From: Dehalococcoidia bacterium
Lineage (GTDB): Bacteria; Chloroflexota; Dehalococcoidia; UBA2979
Assembly (NCBI GenBank): GCA_965247895.1
Contig: OZ252046.1
Coordinates: forward strand, 951,140-1,015,139
Reading direction: 5' to 3'
DNA: 64,000 nucleotides
Below the pieces are notes generated by a model. It was not told where the DNA came from, searched no databases, and saw only the letters and a list, made by a program, of their open reading frames with translations. The translations under genes and the position numbers were made by a program. This document shows positions 48,892-64,000 of this stretch, one piece after another (within the stretch, counting starts at the first letter, position 1; each line of letters starts with the position of its first letter).

Positions 48892-49791
48892 GTGGCACAC
48901 CTCATCTTCGACGAACAGCAGGAACTGGACCGGCCAATCCTGATCGCGGCCTGGACCGGGTGGAACGACGCCGGCGAGTCCGCGACCGGCGCGATCCGCT
49001 TCATGCTGCGCCGCTGGCGCTCCAAGGCGTTCGCACACATCGACCCCGAGTACTTCTACGACTTCACCCAGGCCCGCCCCAAGGTGAAGCTCGAAAACGG
49101 CGAGCGCATCCTCGAGTGGCCGCAGAACAAGTTCTCGTCGCGGCGCCGCGAGGGCGACACGCCCGACCTCGTGCTGCTCGAGGGTGTGGAGCCGCACCTC
49201 TCCTGGAACGAGTACTCCGACACGATCATGGAGTGCTGCGAAGCGCTCGGTGTGAAGACCGTGATCACCCTCGGCGCGCTGCTCGCGGAGGCGAGCCACA
49301 CGCGCCCGATCCGCGTCTCCGGCAGCTCCGAGGACGCCGACCTGCGCGAGCAGCTTGGCCTCGAGCCTCCGCGCACGACGGGCTACCAGGGACCCACCGG
49401 GATCGTCGGCGTGCTCAACAACCGCCTCCGCGACGCCGGCTACCGCACGGCCTCGATGTGGGCGAACGTGCCGCACTACGTGAACGCCTCGCCGAACCCC
49501 AAGGGCGCGCTCGCCCTGCTCGAGCAGCTCAACTCCAGCCTCGCGCTCGACCTCAGCCTGCACGACCTGGAGGTCTTCGCCGCCCGCTTCGACGCACAGG
49601 TCGGAGCCGAGATCGCGAAGAACCCGGAGATGGCCGAGTACGCCCGCCGCATCGAGGAGCAGCTCGAGGAGGAAGAGGACGCTGCCGAGGCCGAGGACGC
49701 CTCGGACGGCGGCGCCAGCCTCCCCGACGCCCAGGACATGGTCGACGAGCTGGAGCGCTTCCTGCGCGAGCAGCGCAGCGACGAGGAATAG
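48892..49791 (+). CDS. PAC2-family protein (proteasome-assembly-chaperone-2-like, actinobacterial type)
   Basis: GTG start at 48892 in frame with the long artefactual ORF 47566..49791. The ILIAAWTGWNDAGES region is PAC2-like. Acidic C-terminal tail. Confidence 0.75.
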   Translation: MAHLIFDEQQELDRPILIAAWTGWNDAGESATGAIRFMLRRWRSKAFAHIDPEYFYDFTQARPKVKLENGERILEWPQNKFSSRRREGDTPDLVLLEGVEPHLSWNEYSDTIMECCEALGVKTVITLGALLAEASHTRPIRVSGSSEDADLREQLGLEPPRTTGYQGPTGIVGVLNNRLRDAGYRTASMWANVPHYVNASPNPKGALALLEQLNSSLALDLSLHDLEVFAARFDAQVGAEIAKNPEMAEYARRIEEQLEEEEDAAEAEDASDGGASLPDAQDMVDELERFLREQRSDEE

Positions 49792-49974
49792 CACAGAGCC
49801 GCTCGCCCGCGCGGCCGCCGTCCCTGGACTCCGCCCGCACCCAATCCCCGCATTGGACACAGCACTCAAGCGCCCCGTGATGCACCCGGGCAGCCTGATC
49901 TGGAACCGCACGCCCGCCGGCGACGTCAAGAACCCATCACACCCCGCATCGCAGCGGGGGGATGGGACAGCCCG

Positions 49975-52083
49975 ATGCGGATCATTCTCAGATCGTTCTC
50001 GCCCTCCCTCCTCCTAGCGGCCGCGCTGACGGCGAGCGTCCTCGTTGCATGCAGCGGCGGAGCGGACGACCGGCCTCTGCCGCCAGCCACGCCTGCACCG
50101 GCGGCCACCGCCACGTCAGTCGAAGCAGCCTCGCCCGCGCCTGCACCGACAGGCACCGCGACGCCCACCGCCTCGCCCACGCCTGCACCGACCGCCTCCG
50201 CGACGCCCACCACCGCGCCCACCACCGCGCCGATAGCCGCTCCGGCGCCCAGCGCCTCGCCCACGCCCGCGCCGACAGGCACCCCGACGCCCACCGCCTC
50301 GCCCACGCCCGCGCCGACCGCCACCCCGACGCCCACCGCCTCGGCCACGCCCACGCCGGCGGCCACGCCGAGGCCCACCGCCACGGCCACGCCCGCGCCG
50401 ACCGCGACTCCGACGCTCTGCCCACCAACCGCTTCCCCCGAGGCAGCCACATCCACCCCCGCCGCGGCTGCAATGGGGACCGGGTTGGTCAGCCGCGAAG
50501 ACCTCGGCATTCGCGAGGTCGATACCGCCGAGGCGCTCGCGGCTGCTGGTCTCCGCTACGTGCGCTGCGCGGCGGGGGAGGTCGTCTCCCAGGAGGTCGG
50601 GCTCTACCTGCTGGACGTGCAGACGGGCGCCGTGGAGGGGTGGGTGCTGGCATCCGTCGAAGCAGCCGCAGCGGACTCGATGGATGGCTTCGTATCCGCC
50701 GGTGTGAGTCTCTCGCCGGGGAACCGCTTCCTCTCCTTCGATCGATTCCGGCACGACCGCGTGACCGAGCGAACCTTCGAATGGGACGCGCCTCCGCTGC
50801 GACGGTGGGGATCGGACAGCGAGCGGCGGCTGCTCTTCCGGCTGGCGGACGAGGGTGGCGACCTCTTCGTCATCACGGACGGCGCGCTGCAACCCGTGGC
50901 GCAGTTCGCGATCCCCGACGGGCAGGAGGGCCAGCTCCAGTGGCTCAACTTCGAATACCGCTCGCTCGTCGTGCGCGGCCGGGAGCGTGACGGAGGATTG
51001 CACTCCTCCCTGCACTTCTTCGACTTCAGCGAGGAGGCCGTCGGGACCTTCGAGCCGGCCGCAACGCAGCTGCTGCCGGGGACCACGAACACCTGGAGCG
51101 AGGGGCTGTACCGGCTGAGTTCCCTCGGTTCGGCCATCGAGGTGGCGATTGCGGGCCCCGACTCCTGCCACGTCATGCACTACGGCTGGGACGGGGCGAC
51201 GCTGCTCGATGTCTCTGTCCCGGTCGTGCCGCTGTACGGCCGAGGTGACTGCCGCATCTCCCCGGATGGCCGCTGGCTGACGGCGGTTACGGCAACGGGC
51301 GCCAGCGGCACCGCGTGGGGCGCTCGACTCATGGCCGTCTCCATTCTCGATACGACCACCGGCGACGAGGTCTACCGCGTCAAGGGCGTGGACGGCCCCG
51401 GCCGGTGGCTTCCCGACAGCTCCGGCGTCTCCATGAGCACCAGCCGGGGCACGCGGTTCGTGACCCTCGACGGACAGTGGGCGAGCGAGGCGCCGCGACC
51501 GACGAGCGTGAGCGCCAAACCGGCTCCCGCGATCGCCAAGCCGGCCCCGGCCCCGACGCAACCGCAGTACCGGATCGACCACAACCGGAGAAGGGTCACC
51601 GTCCGGGACCATGAGGGGGAAACGCTCGCCTCGCTGCACTTCGTCGAGACCAGCACTCCCTTCTTCGGGTACCCCGGCATCTCCGGCTCGTGGACCGGCA
51701 CGCGTGACGAGCTGCGGGTCCGGGTGTCGATCGTCCCCGGCGGCCGTTGCGGGTGTGGCGGGGACTACAGTGGCCCGCCGCCTCTCGCCCCCGTGATCGA
51801 GTCGCCGCCGTTCGAGGACCGGCTGCAGGTCGAGGTGGTCGTCGACAGCTGCCTGCGCCTGCGCGACGAGCCATCGCTCCGCGCTGCGGTCGTGACCTGC
51901 CTCCCCAACGGCGTCATCGCGGACACGGACGGCTACACCGTCGACTACTACGACTACGTTCCGTGGATGCACGTGCGCACCGCCGACGGCCTCGAGGGCT
52001 GGGCCAGCGCCGACTACCTGCGCTGGGCATCGGACGGCGTGCAGCTCGAGGGCGAGCGGCTGCCCATCAGCGGCGGCGTATAG
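49975..52083 (+). CDS. Secreted lipoprotein with a long Pro/Thr/Ala-rich linker and a C-terminal SH3b-like domain
   Basis: Signal MRIILRSFSPSLLLAAALTASVLVACSGG (lipobox VAC). About 110 aa of (PTPTASPTPAPTA)n. C-terminus ...CLRLRDEPSLRAAVVTCLPNGVIADTDGYTVDYYDYVPWMHVRTADGLEGWASADYL. Confidence 0.7.
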   Translation: MRIILRSFSPSLLLAAALTASVLVACSGGADDRPLPPATPAPAATATSVEAASPAPAPTGTATPTASPTPAPTASATPTTAPTTAPIAAPAPSASPTPAPTGTPTPTASPTPAPTATPTPTASATPTPAATPRPTATATPAPTATPTLCPPTASPEAATSTPAAAAMGTGLVSREDLGIREVDTAEALAAAGLRYVRCAAGEVVSQEVGLYLLDVQTGAVEGWVLASVEAAAADSMDGFVSAGVSLSPGNRFLSFDRFRHDRVTERTFEWDAPPLRRWGSDSERRLLFRLADEGGDLFVITDGALQPVAQFAIPDGQEGQLQWLNFEYRSLVVRGRERDGGLHSSLHFFDFSEEAVGTFEPAATQLLPGTTNTWSEGLYRLSSLGSAIEVAIAGPDSCHVMHYGWDGATLLDVSVPVVPLYGRGDCRISPDGRWLTAVTATGASGTAWGARLMAVSILDTTTGDEVYRVKGVDGPGRWLPDSSGVSMSTSRGTRFVTLDGQWASEAPRPTSVSAKPAPAIAKPAPAPTQPQYRIDHNRRRVTVRDHEGETLASLHFVETSTPFFGYPGISGSWTGTRDELRVRVSIVPGGRCGCGGDYSGPPPLAPVIESPPFEDRLQVEVVVDSCLRLRDEPSLRAAVVTCLPNGVIADTDGYTVDYYDYVPWMHVRTADGLEGWASADYLRWASDGVQLEGERLPISGGV

Positions 52084-52108
52084 CCGCCCCGGGAGGACGG
52101 GCACGCAG

Positions 52109-52472
52109 ATGCGGATCAGTCGTCGCTCGTTCACTGCTCCGCTTCTGCTCGCAGCCGCGCTGACGGCGAGCGTCCTCGTCGTTGGGCGCGCTCGCCCTGC
52201 TCGAGCAGCTCAACCCCAGCCTCGCGCTCGACCTCAGCCTGCACGACCTGGAGGTCTTCGCCGCCCGCTTCGACGCACACGTCGGAGCCGAGATCGCGAA
52301 GAACCCGGCGATGGCCGAGTACGCACGCCGCATCGAGGAGCAAATCGAGGAGCAGGAAGAGGCGGAGGCAGACGAGGCCGCCTCGGAAGGCGGCGCCAGC
52401 CTCCCCGACGCCCAGGACATGGTCGACGAGTTGGAGCGCTTCCTGCGCGAGCAGCGCGACGGCGAGGAGTAG
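52109..52472 (+). repeat. Composite duplication scar. A 77-nt copy of the lipoprotein 5' end (52109..52185) is fused to a ~93%-identical copy of the PAC2 3' end (52186..52472; the native copy is at ~49505..49791).
   Basis: MRISRRSFTAPLLLAAALTASVLVV against MRIILRSFSPSLLLAAALTASVLVA. ORF 52182..52472 GALALLEQLNPSLALDLSLHDLEVFAARFDAH... against PAC2 KGALALLEQLNSSLALDLSLHDLEVFAARFDAQ... Confidence 0.75.
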
Positions 52473-52714
52473 CCGGGCGGGCTCCTCGGCGGGCCGCGGC
52501 CCTCATCAGCGGCCGTCGCGGCAGTCGATCCTCTGAGCCGAGTGCTTCGGCGGAGGGCCCCACGCGGCGGCCCCGGAGCGGCGCGTGCGGAACGCTGCGC
52601 CGGCGGGTGGCGCTGTGGTGATGGTTTCGTCTTTGCCGGGTTCCGGGGGAACGGAACGCCTGCCGGCGTCGTCGGGCATGCGCGCGGCGTAGCGACGCGC
52701 CGGGAAGGATCGGG

Positions 52715-53476
52715 CTAGCGCGCGTCGCGCAGCAGGGCCCAGCCCTCCCCGTGTTCTACCACCCGCGGGACCGCCGCCGAGCTGTCCTCTCGCGCCGCGA
52801 AGGCGATGTCGGCGTCCAGCCCCAGCGCCCTCAGGGCGCGCGCGGACTTCGCGCCCGCCACCAGGCGTGCGCTCCGGTCCGTCCGCTCGGGGAGTTCGGG
52901 CGTAATCCCGCCCTCGGTACCGCTCGCCTGCGCCGCCACGCGCGCGGCGTCCCCCAGCTCGAGCCCGGGACTCTCCCGCGCGATCAGCCGCACGAGTCGC
53001 GCCGCCGCTGCGAAGTCCTCCAGCGCGAACCGTCTCCCTCCCGACCCTCCAGCGCACACGAGCGCCACGCGCTCGTACCCGGCCGCCCAGCGCGCCGTCG
53101 CCCCTCCGTTCGCGAACGATGCGGCCGCTGCCTCGCCCCGGCCCGCCACACCGCAGAGCGCGAGCGTGCCGTTTGTCGTGAAGAGCGCCGCCCGCTTCCC
53201 CCGCAGCTCCAGCGTGGCAGCCTCCGCGGGCGAGTTGCCGTGGTCGAACCCCTCCGGCGGTAGCCCCCCGACCTCTCCGAAGAGGATGCGTCCCTCTGCC
53301 CGCGCCCCCTCCCGTGCGGCCTCGATCGTGTCGACGACCAGAAGGTCAGACAGACCCCGCGTGAACAGCGTGGCGATCGTCGTCGTCGCGCGCAGCACGT
53401 CGATCACGAGGAAGGCATCCGCCTCCATCGCGGCCGCCTCCGAGGGCAGCAGCGCCACCTCGAGCCGTGTTGTCAT
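52715..53476 (-). CDS. comB: 2-phosphosulfolactate phosphatase (ComB family)
   Basis: MTTRLEVALLPSEAAAMEADAFLVIDVLRATTTIATLF...FGEVGGLPPEGFDHGNSPAE...TTNGT. This is the real gene inside the artefactual 575-aa ORF 52715..54442. Confidence 0.75.
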   Translation of the reverse strand: MTTRLEVALLPSEAAAMEADAFLVIDVLRATTTIATLFTRGLSDLLVVDTIEAAREGARAEGRILFGEVGGLPPEGFDHGNSPAEAATLELRGKRAALFTTNGTLALCGVAGRGEAAAASFANGGATARWAAGYERVALVCAGGSGGRRFALEDFAAAARLVRLIARESPGLELGDAARVAAQASGTEGGITPELPERTDRSARLVAGAKSARALRALGLDADIAFAAREDSSAAVPRVVEHGEGWALLRDAR

Positions 53477-53649
53477 GGGCGCAGCATGCCCCCACGCGGG
53501 GGCGCGCGCACCCCAGGTACACGTGGCGGCCATACTTGGTCCGTACCGGCCCCGGCTCCCGCCTCGCACGCCGTGAGTAGCCGCCGCCCCCCTCGCAGGC
53601 GATTGGGCGCTGGCGCGCTCTGGTGGTACGATGCGCGTCAGCAATCGCA

Positions 53650-55484
<1,835 letters not shown>

Positions 55485-55488
<4 letters not shown>

Positions 55489-56863
55489 GCACGCTCGCCA
55501 TCCACAACGGCCGCGTGATCGACCCCGCCCTCGGGCGCGACAGCATCGCCGACATCGTGATCGTCGACGGGCGAGTCGCCCGCGTCGGGCCGAACGAGGG
55601 CGACGCGGTGATCGAGGCGGACCGCATCGACGCGACGGGGCTGGTGGTGACGCCCGGCTTCGTGGACCTGCACGTCCACCTGCGCGAGCCCGGCTTCGAG
55701 TACAAGGAGACGATCACCAGCGGCACGGCCGCCGCCGCGCGCGGCGGCTTCACCACGGTCTGTGCGATGCCCAACACGGACCCGCCGCTGGACCGCCGCG
55801 CCGCCGTCGAGTCCGTGCTGCGCCAGGCCGAGGAGCACGCAGCCGTGCGCGTGCTGCCGCTCGGCTGCATCACGCGCGACCGCGCCGGCAAGGAACTCGC
55901 GCCCGCCGGCGAGCTGGCGCAGGCCGGCGTCGTCGCGCTCTCCGACGACGGCGACGCCGTCGCCGACGCGCGGCTGATGCGCCACGCCCTCGAGTACGCG
56001 GGCGCCTTCGGGCTGCCGATCTCGCAGCACTGCGAAGACCCGACGCTCGTTGACGAGGGGCAGATGCACGAGGGCTGGGTCGCCACCCGGCTCGGCCTGC
56101 GAGGCCGCCCCGCGAGCGCCGAGGAGACGTTCGTCGCGCGCGATATCGCCCTCGCCGACCTGGCCGGGGCGCACCTGCACATCGCCCACGTCTCGACCGC
56201 CGGCTCGGTCGCGCTGATCCGCGCCGCACGCGAGCGCGGCGTGCACATCACCGCCGAAGTGACCCCGCACCACCTCACCCTCACCCATGAGGAGGTCGGC
56301 TTCTCGCCCTCGGACTCGCACACCCGAGCCAACAGCGACAGCGGCGCGAACGGCTACCGCAGCATCGGCTACCACTCCAACGCCAAGGTGAACCCGCCGC
56401 TGCGCGCGCACAGCGACGTCGCCGCCTGCGTGGAGGCGCTGCGCGACGGCGTGATCGATGCGATCGCGACGGACCACGCGCCGCACGCCATCTCCGACAA
56501 GGAGATCGAGTTCGACCTCGCCGCGCCCGGCATCAGCGGCCTCGAGACCGCCTTCGGGCTGTCGATGAGCCTGGTGCATGACGGCCGCATCGATCTGCCG
56601 ACGCTGATCGAGCGGCTCACGGCCGGCCCCGTCCGCGCCTGGGGTCTGGACCGCCGCCCCGGCCTCGGGGGTCTCGGCACCCTCTCGCCGGGCGCCGTCG
56701 GCGACGTCACCATCCTCGACCCGGACGCCACCTGGACGGTGACGCCCGAGGACTTCGCCTCGATGGGCAGGAACACGCCGATCGCCGGCCGCGAGCTGCG
56801 CGGGCGCGTGCTGGCGACCGTCTACGGCGGTCGCGTCGTGCATACGCTGGAGGGGGTCGCCCT

Positions 56864-56867
<4 letters not shown>
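55485..56867 (+). CDS. pyrC: Dihydroorotase
   Basis: GTG start overlaps the pyrB stop (GTGA). Motif DLHVHLREPG, and carbamylated-Lys / His metal-ligand regions (DHAPH). Confidence 0.85.
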
Positions 56868-57990
<1,123 letters not shown>

Positions 57991-57991
<1 letters not shown>

Positions 57992-58464
57992 TGGCCGCCG
58001 CAGAGTCGCAGCCTATGTGTCGCCGAGCGGTGCCCGACGACGACGTCCAGATCGCCGCGATCATCGCGGAGCTGATCGAGGAGCCGCAGCCCGTCGCCTT
58101 CGACCGCGCGCTCAGCACGGACGAGGTGCGCGACGCCTGGCTGGGCGACGAAGACGGCGGAGCCGCCGTCTTCGTCATCGAGGACGGCGGGCGGCTACTC
58201 GCGTTCGCGGTCGTCGAGCCGCTCGAGGGCGCCTCCGAGGACTGCTCGCTGGGTGCCTGGGTGCGCGCCGAGGAACGCCGCAAGGGCTACGCGACCGTGC
58301 TCGCCGAGGAGGCGCTGGCGTTCACGCGCGAGCGCGGCTACCAGGCGATCCGCGCCCGCCTGCCCGAGGATAACGAGCCGGCGCTCTCGTACCTGTCGTC
58401 GATCGGCGCGCTCGTGCCGCTCGCCAACCCCGGCGCACACTTCGTGCTGCCAGCGGAGGAGTAA
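57991..58464 (+). CDS. GNAT-family N-acetyltransferase, inserted between carA and carB
   Basis: RRKGYATVLAEEALAFTRERGY acetyl-CoA binding-like motif. Confidence 0.7.
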
Positions 58465-58467
58465 CCC

Positions 58468-59229
58468 GTGAGCGAGCAGGCCACCCCGACCCCGGACACC
58501 AGCCACTACGCCGCCAAGCGCCAGCGTGACTGGGAGGCGTTCACCTCGGGCGACGGCCCGTTGGCCAGCTACTGGGAGCTGTGGGCCGAGGAGTCCTTCG
58601 ACTGGCGTCCGGCGATCAGCTTCTTCCAGCCCGTCGGCAAGGACTACCCGGACCTGGGCGAGCGCATCCAGCCGCTGTTCGACGCGCTCGAGGGCCTCGA
58701 TGAGGTGGAGCTGCCTCCAGCCAGCTTCCTGCACCTCACCGCCGTGCAGGTCGGGTTCCTGCGCGCCGCCGATCTTTACTGGTCGCAGGTGGAGACGTTC
58801 TACGTGAACGCGGCGCCGCGCCTGCACCGCATCGAGCCGTTCAGCATCCGCATCGGCGGCGTCTCGGCGGGGCTGGACGCGCTCTACCTCGGCGTCGACG
58901 ACGGCCTCGTCTTCCGCGAGGCGCGCCGCCTGATCGCGCTGGGCGTGCCGAAGGTCTACCAGGTGTTCCGCGAGGCAGGCATCGAGACCGGCGACGCCGA
59001 CGCCTTCGTGCCGGAGATCCCCTTCGCCTACTTCACCGGTAAGGGCGACCGCGCGCGGGTGATCGAGGCGATTACGCCGCACCTCGATGCCGATCTGGGC
59101 GAGTATCCGGTGAGCCACATCAAGATGGGGCGCATCGCACCGGACCCCGACATCCACTTCTCAGACCCCGACGTTGTTGCCGAGATCATCCTCTTCGGCA
59201 AGGACCACCGGAAGGGCTACCACAACTGA
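58468..59229 (+). CDS. Hypothetical protein, 253 aa. Family not identified.
   Basis: ORF with protein-like composition. GTG start. Confidence 0.55.
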   Translation: MSEQATPTPDTSHYAAKRQRDWEAFTSGDGPLASYWELWAEESFDWRPAISFFQPVGKDYPDLGERIQPLFDALEGLDEVELPPASFLHLTAVQVGFLRAADLYWSQVETFYVNAAPRLHRIEPFSIRIGGVSAGLDALYLGVDDGLVFREARRLIALGVPKVYQVFREAGIETGDADAFVPEIPFAYFTGKGDRARVIEAITPHLDADLGEYPVSHIKMGRIAPDPDIHFSDPDVVAEIILFGKDHRKGYHN

Positions 59230-59300
59230 GCCCCGCGACCGCATCCGACGCCCCCGCGCCCCCCGGCGAGCCGTCAGGCAACCCGGAAAAGCCCCGCAAG

Positions 59301-62542
<3,242 letters not shown>

Positions 62543-62546
<4 letters not shown>

Positions 62547-63268
62547 CGCCCGAGAGCCGGCCGGGACGGCTCGGCGCCGTGCTCTTCGACCTCGATGGCA
62601 CGCTCGCCGATTCGATGCACTCGATCGCCGTGGCGCTCGCCGAGACGCTCGGCGAGCAGGGCTACCGCACGAGCCCCGAGGAGTTGCTGCCGCAGTTCGG
62701 GCCGGACATGCAATCGGTGATCCGGCGCGCCATCGGCGTCGACGAGGCCGAGGCCGGGCGCCTCTACAGCCTCTACCTGCCGAACTACTACGAGCGCTAC
62801 ATGCCCGACACGCCGCCGCTGCCCGGCGCGGGCGAGCTGCTGGATGACCTCGCGGCCCGGCTGCCGCTCGGCATCGTCACCTCGAAGCTCGAGGCGGGCG
62901 CACGCGCGCTGATCGCGAACCTCGGCTGGAGCGACCACTTCGGCCCGATCGTCGGGCGCGACACGACCGGCATCATGAAGCCTCTGCCGGAGCCGCTGCT
63001 CCACGCCCTCGCGGAGCTCGCGGTCGAGGGCGAGCACGCGGCGTACGTCGGCGACACCGAGGAGGACATGCAGGCCGCCCTCGCGGCCGGGGTCGCGGTC
63101 CGTGTCGGCGTCACGGTGATTCGCAGCGAGCAGCAACTGCGCGAGGCGGGCGCGACCGCCGTCTGCCGCGACCTGTTCGCGGTCCGCGCGCTGCTCAACG
63201 CCGCCATCGACGGGCTGCCCGGCACACAGCCCCCCGCCGCGCCGGCGTCCGGGAGCGCGCCGGCATGA
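62543..63268 (+). CDS. HAD-superfamily hydrolase (phosphoglycolate phosphatase-like)
   Basis: Motif I FDLDGTL, motif II IVTSK, motif IV GDTEED. Confidence 0.8.
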
Positions 63269-64000
63269 GCGGCGCGGCGTCCGGCCGCAGCTCGCTCGCG
63301 GGGCTGCTCGGGCAGTTCGGGCGTCTCGGCGCCACCGCCTTCGGCGGCCCGGCGGCGCACGTCGCGATGATGGAGGACGAGTTCGTGCAGCGGCGGCGCT
63401 GGCTCGACCGCGACACGTTCGCGCGCGCCCTCGCCGCGACGAACCTCGTGCCCGGCCCCAACTCCACCGAGATGGCGATCCACCTCGGCTACCGCCGCCG
63501 CGGCGTGCCCGGGGCGATCGCCTCGGGCAGCGCCTTCATCCTGCCCGCCGCGCTCGCCGTCGCCGTGCTCGCCTGGGCCTACTTCCAGTGGGGCACGACG
63601 CCGCGCGCCGACGACCTGTTCGCGGGCATCCGTCCCGCCGTCGTCGTGCTCGTCGCGCTCGCCGCCTGGCGGCTGCGCGGCCCCGCCGCGCGCAACCCGC
63701 TGTCGATGGTCCTCGCGGCCTCAGCCTTCGCGATCGCGCTGCTCGCACCGCGCTGGGAGGTGATCGCGCTGCTCGGCGCGGGCGTCGTCGCGCTGCTCGC
63801 GAGCGAGCACGGACCGCGACAGCGACTCCAGCGCGCTGTGGTCGCCCTCCCCGCGCCGCTGCTCCCGCTGGCGCTGCCCGCGCTCGCCGTCACGCTGCCC
63901 GAGGTCGTGCCGATCGCGCTCATTCACCTCAAGGCCGGGGCGCTGCTCTTCGGCGGCGGCTACGTGATCATCCCGCTGCTGCAGCCCGACGCCGTCGCGC
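63265..64000 (+). CDS. chrA: Chromate transporter (CHR family), 5' partial; runs off the window end
   Basis: FGGPAAHVAMMEDEFVQRRRWL...GPNSTEMAIHLGY. Not in the ORF track because there is no stop codon inside the window. Confidence 0.75.
   Translation, partial: MSGAASGRSSLAGLLGQFGRLGATAFGGPAAHVAMMEDEFVQRRRWLDRDTFARALAATNLVPGPNSTEMAIHLGYRRRGVPGAIASGSAFILPAALAVAVLAWAYFQWGTTPRADDLFAGIRPAVVVLVALAAWRLRGPAARNPLSMVLAASAFAIALLAPRWEVIALLGAGVVALLASEHGPRQRLQRAVVALPAPLLPLALPALAVTLPEVVPIALIHLKAGALLFGGGYVIIPLLQPDAVA

Noticed and set aside
47566-49791. 741-aa ORF
   Set aside because: The N-terminal ~440 aa are antisense to the metallophosphoesterase and MaoC genes. Only the last 299 aa (PAC2, from GTG 48892) are credible.

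Overview
This is a 64-kb window from a high-GC (~70%) genome that looks actinobacterial or Chloroflexi-like. It has a housekeeping backbone and several accessory insertions.

Backbone (all appear intact):
- NAD(P)-malic enzyme with an N-terminal ACT domain.
- lspA–rluD–gltX, translationally coupled by 1–4 nt overlaps, followed by tRNA-Gln.
- An SDR / enoyl-CoA hydratase / DUF35 / MaoC / MMPL block that looks like lipid catabolism.
- The pyrimidine operon pyrR (with a PyrR-binding attenuator leader)–pyrB–pyrC–carA–[GNAT]–[hypothetical]–carB, then a HAD hydrolase and chrA.

Accessory content:
1. Three giant secreted paralogous surface proteins on the minus strand: gene A (1..5499), gene B (35656..37826) and gene C (38007..44452). 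Each is built from a divergent 'WSDG' beta-propeller repeat of about 42 aa plus other modules. Across the three these include a HEXXH metallopeptidase-like region, spondin_N-like and cadherin-like domains, plant-type LRRs with an N-terminal cap, and triplicated SH3b-like C-terminal domains. Each gene sits beside a tRNA or an integrase remnant. Each is interrupted by a single-base frameshift at a G/C homopolymer.
2. A ~1.8-kb low-GC islet (~45% GC) immediately 3' of tRNA-Gln. It carries one gene for a fused ABC-ATPase + TOPRIM-type nuclease (OLD/PARIS-like).
3. A second, compact, lower-GC two-gene cassette (31193..33088). It encodes an AAA_21-type ABC ATPase plus a 197-aa TOPRIM-like (E…DxD) protein, wedged exactly between two host genes. 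This is the best candidate for an uncharacterised defence module.
4. An ABC-2 transporter operon flanked by identical ~285-bp direct repeats of the malic-enzyme 3' end.
5. A second duplication scar made of PAC2 3' end and lipoprotein 5' end copies.
6. A degraded tyrosine-recombinase C-terminus and an 11-bp x6 tandem repeat next to tRNA-Glu.

Five or six frameshifts or short tandem duplications hit accessory genes (gene A, gene B, gene C, MMPL, capA-like, integrase), while the housekeeping genes look intact.

Caveat: many long ORFs in the six-frame track are antisense or alternative-frame artefacts of the high GC content.
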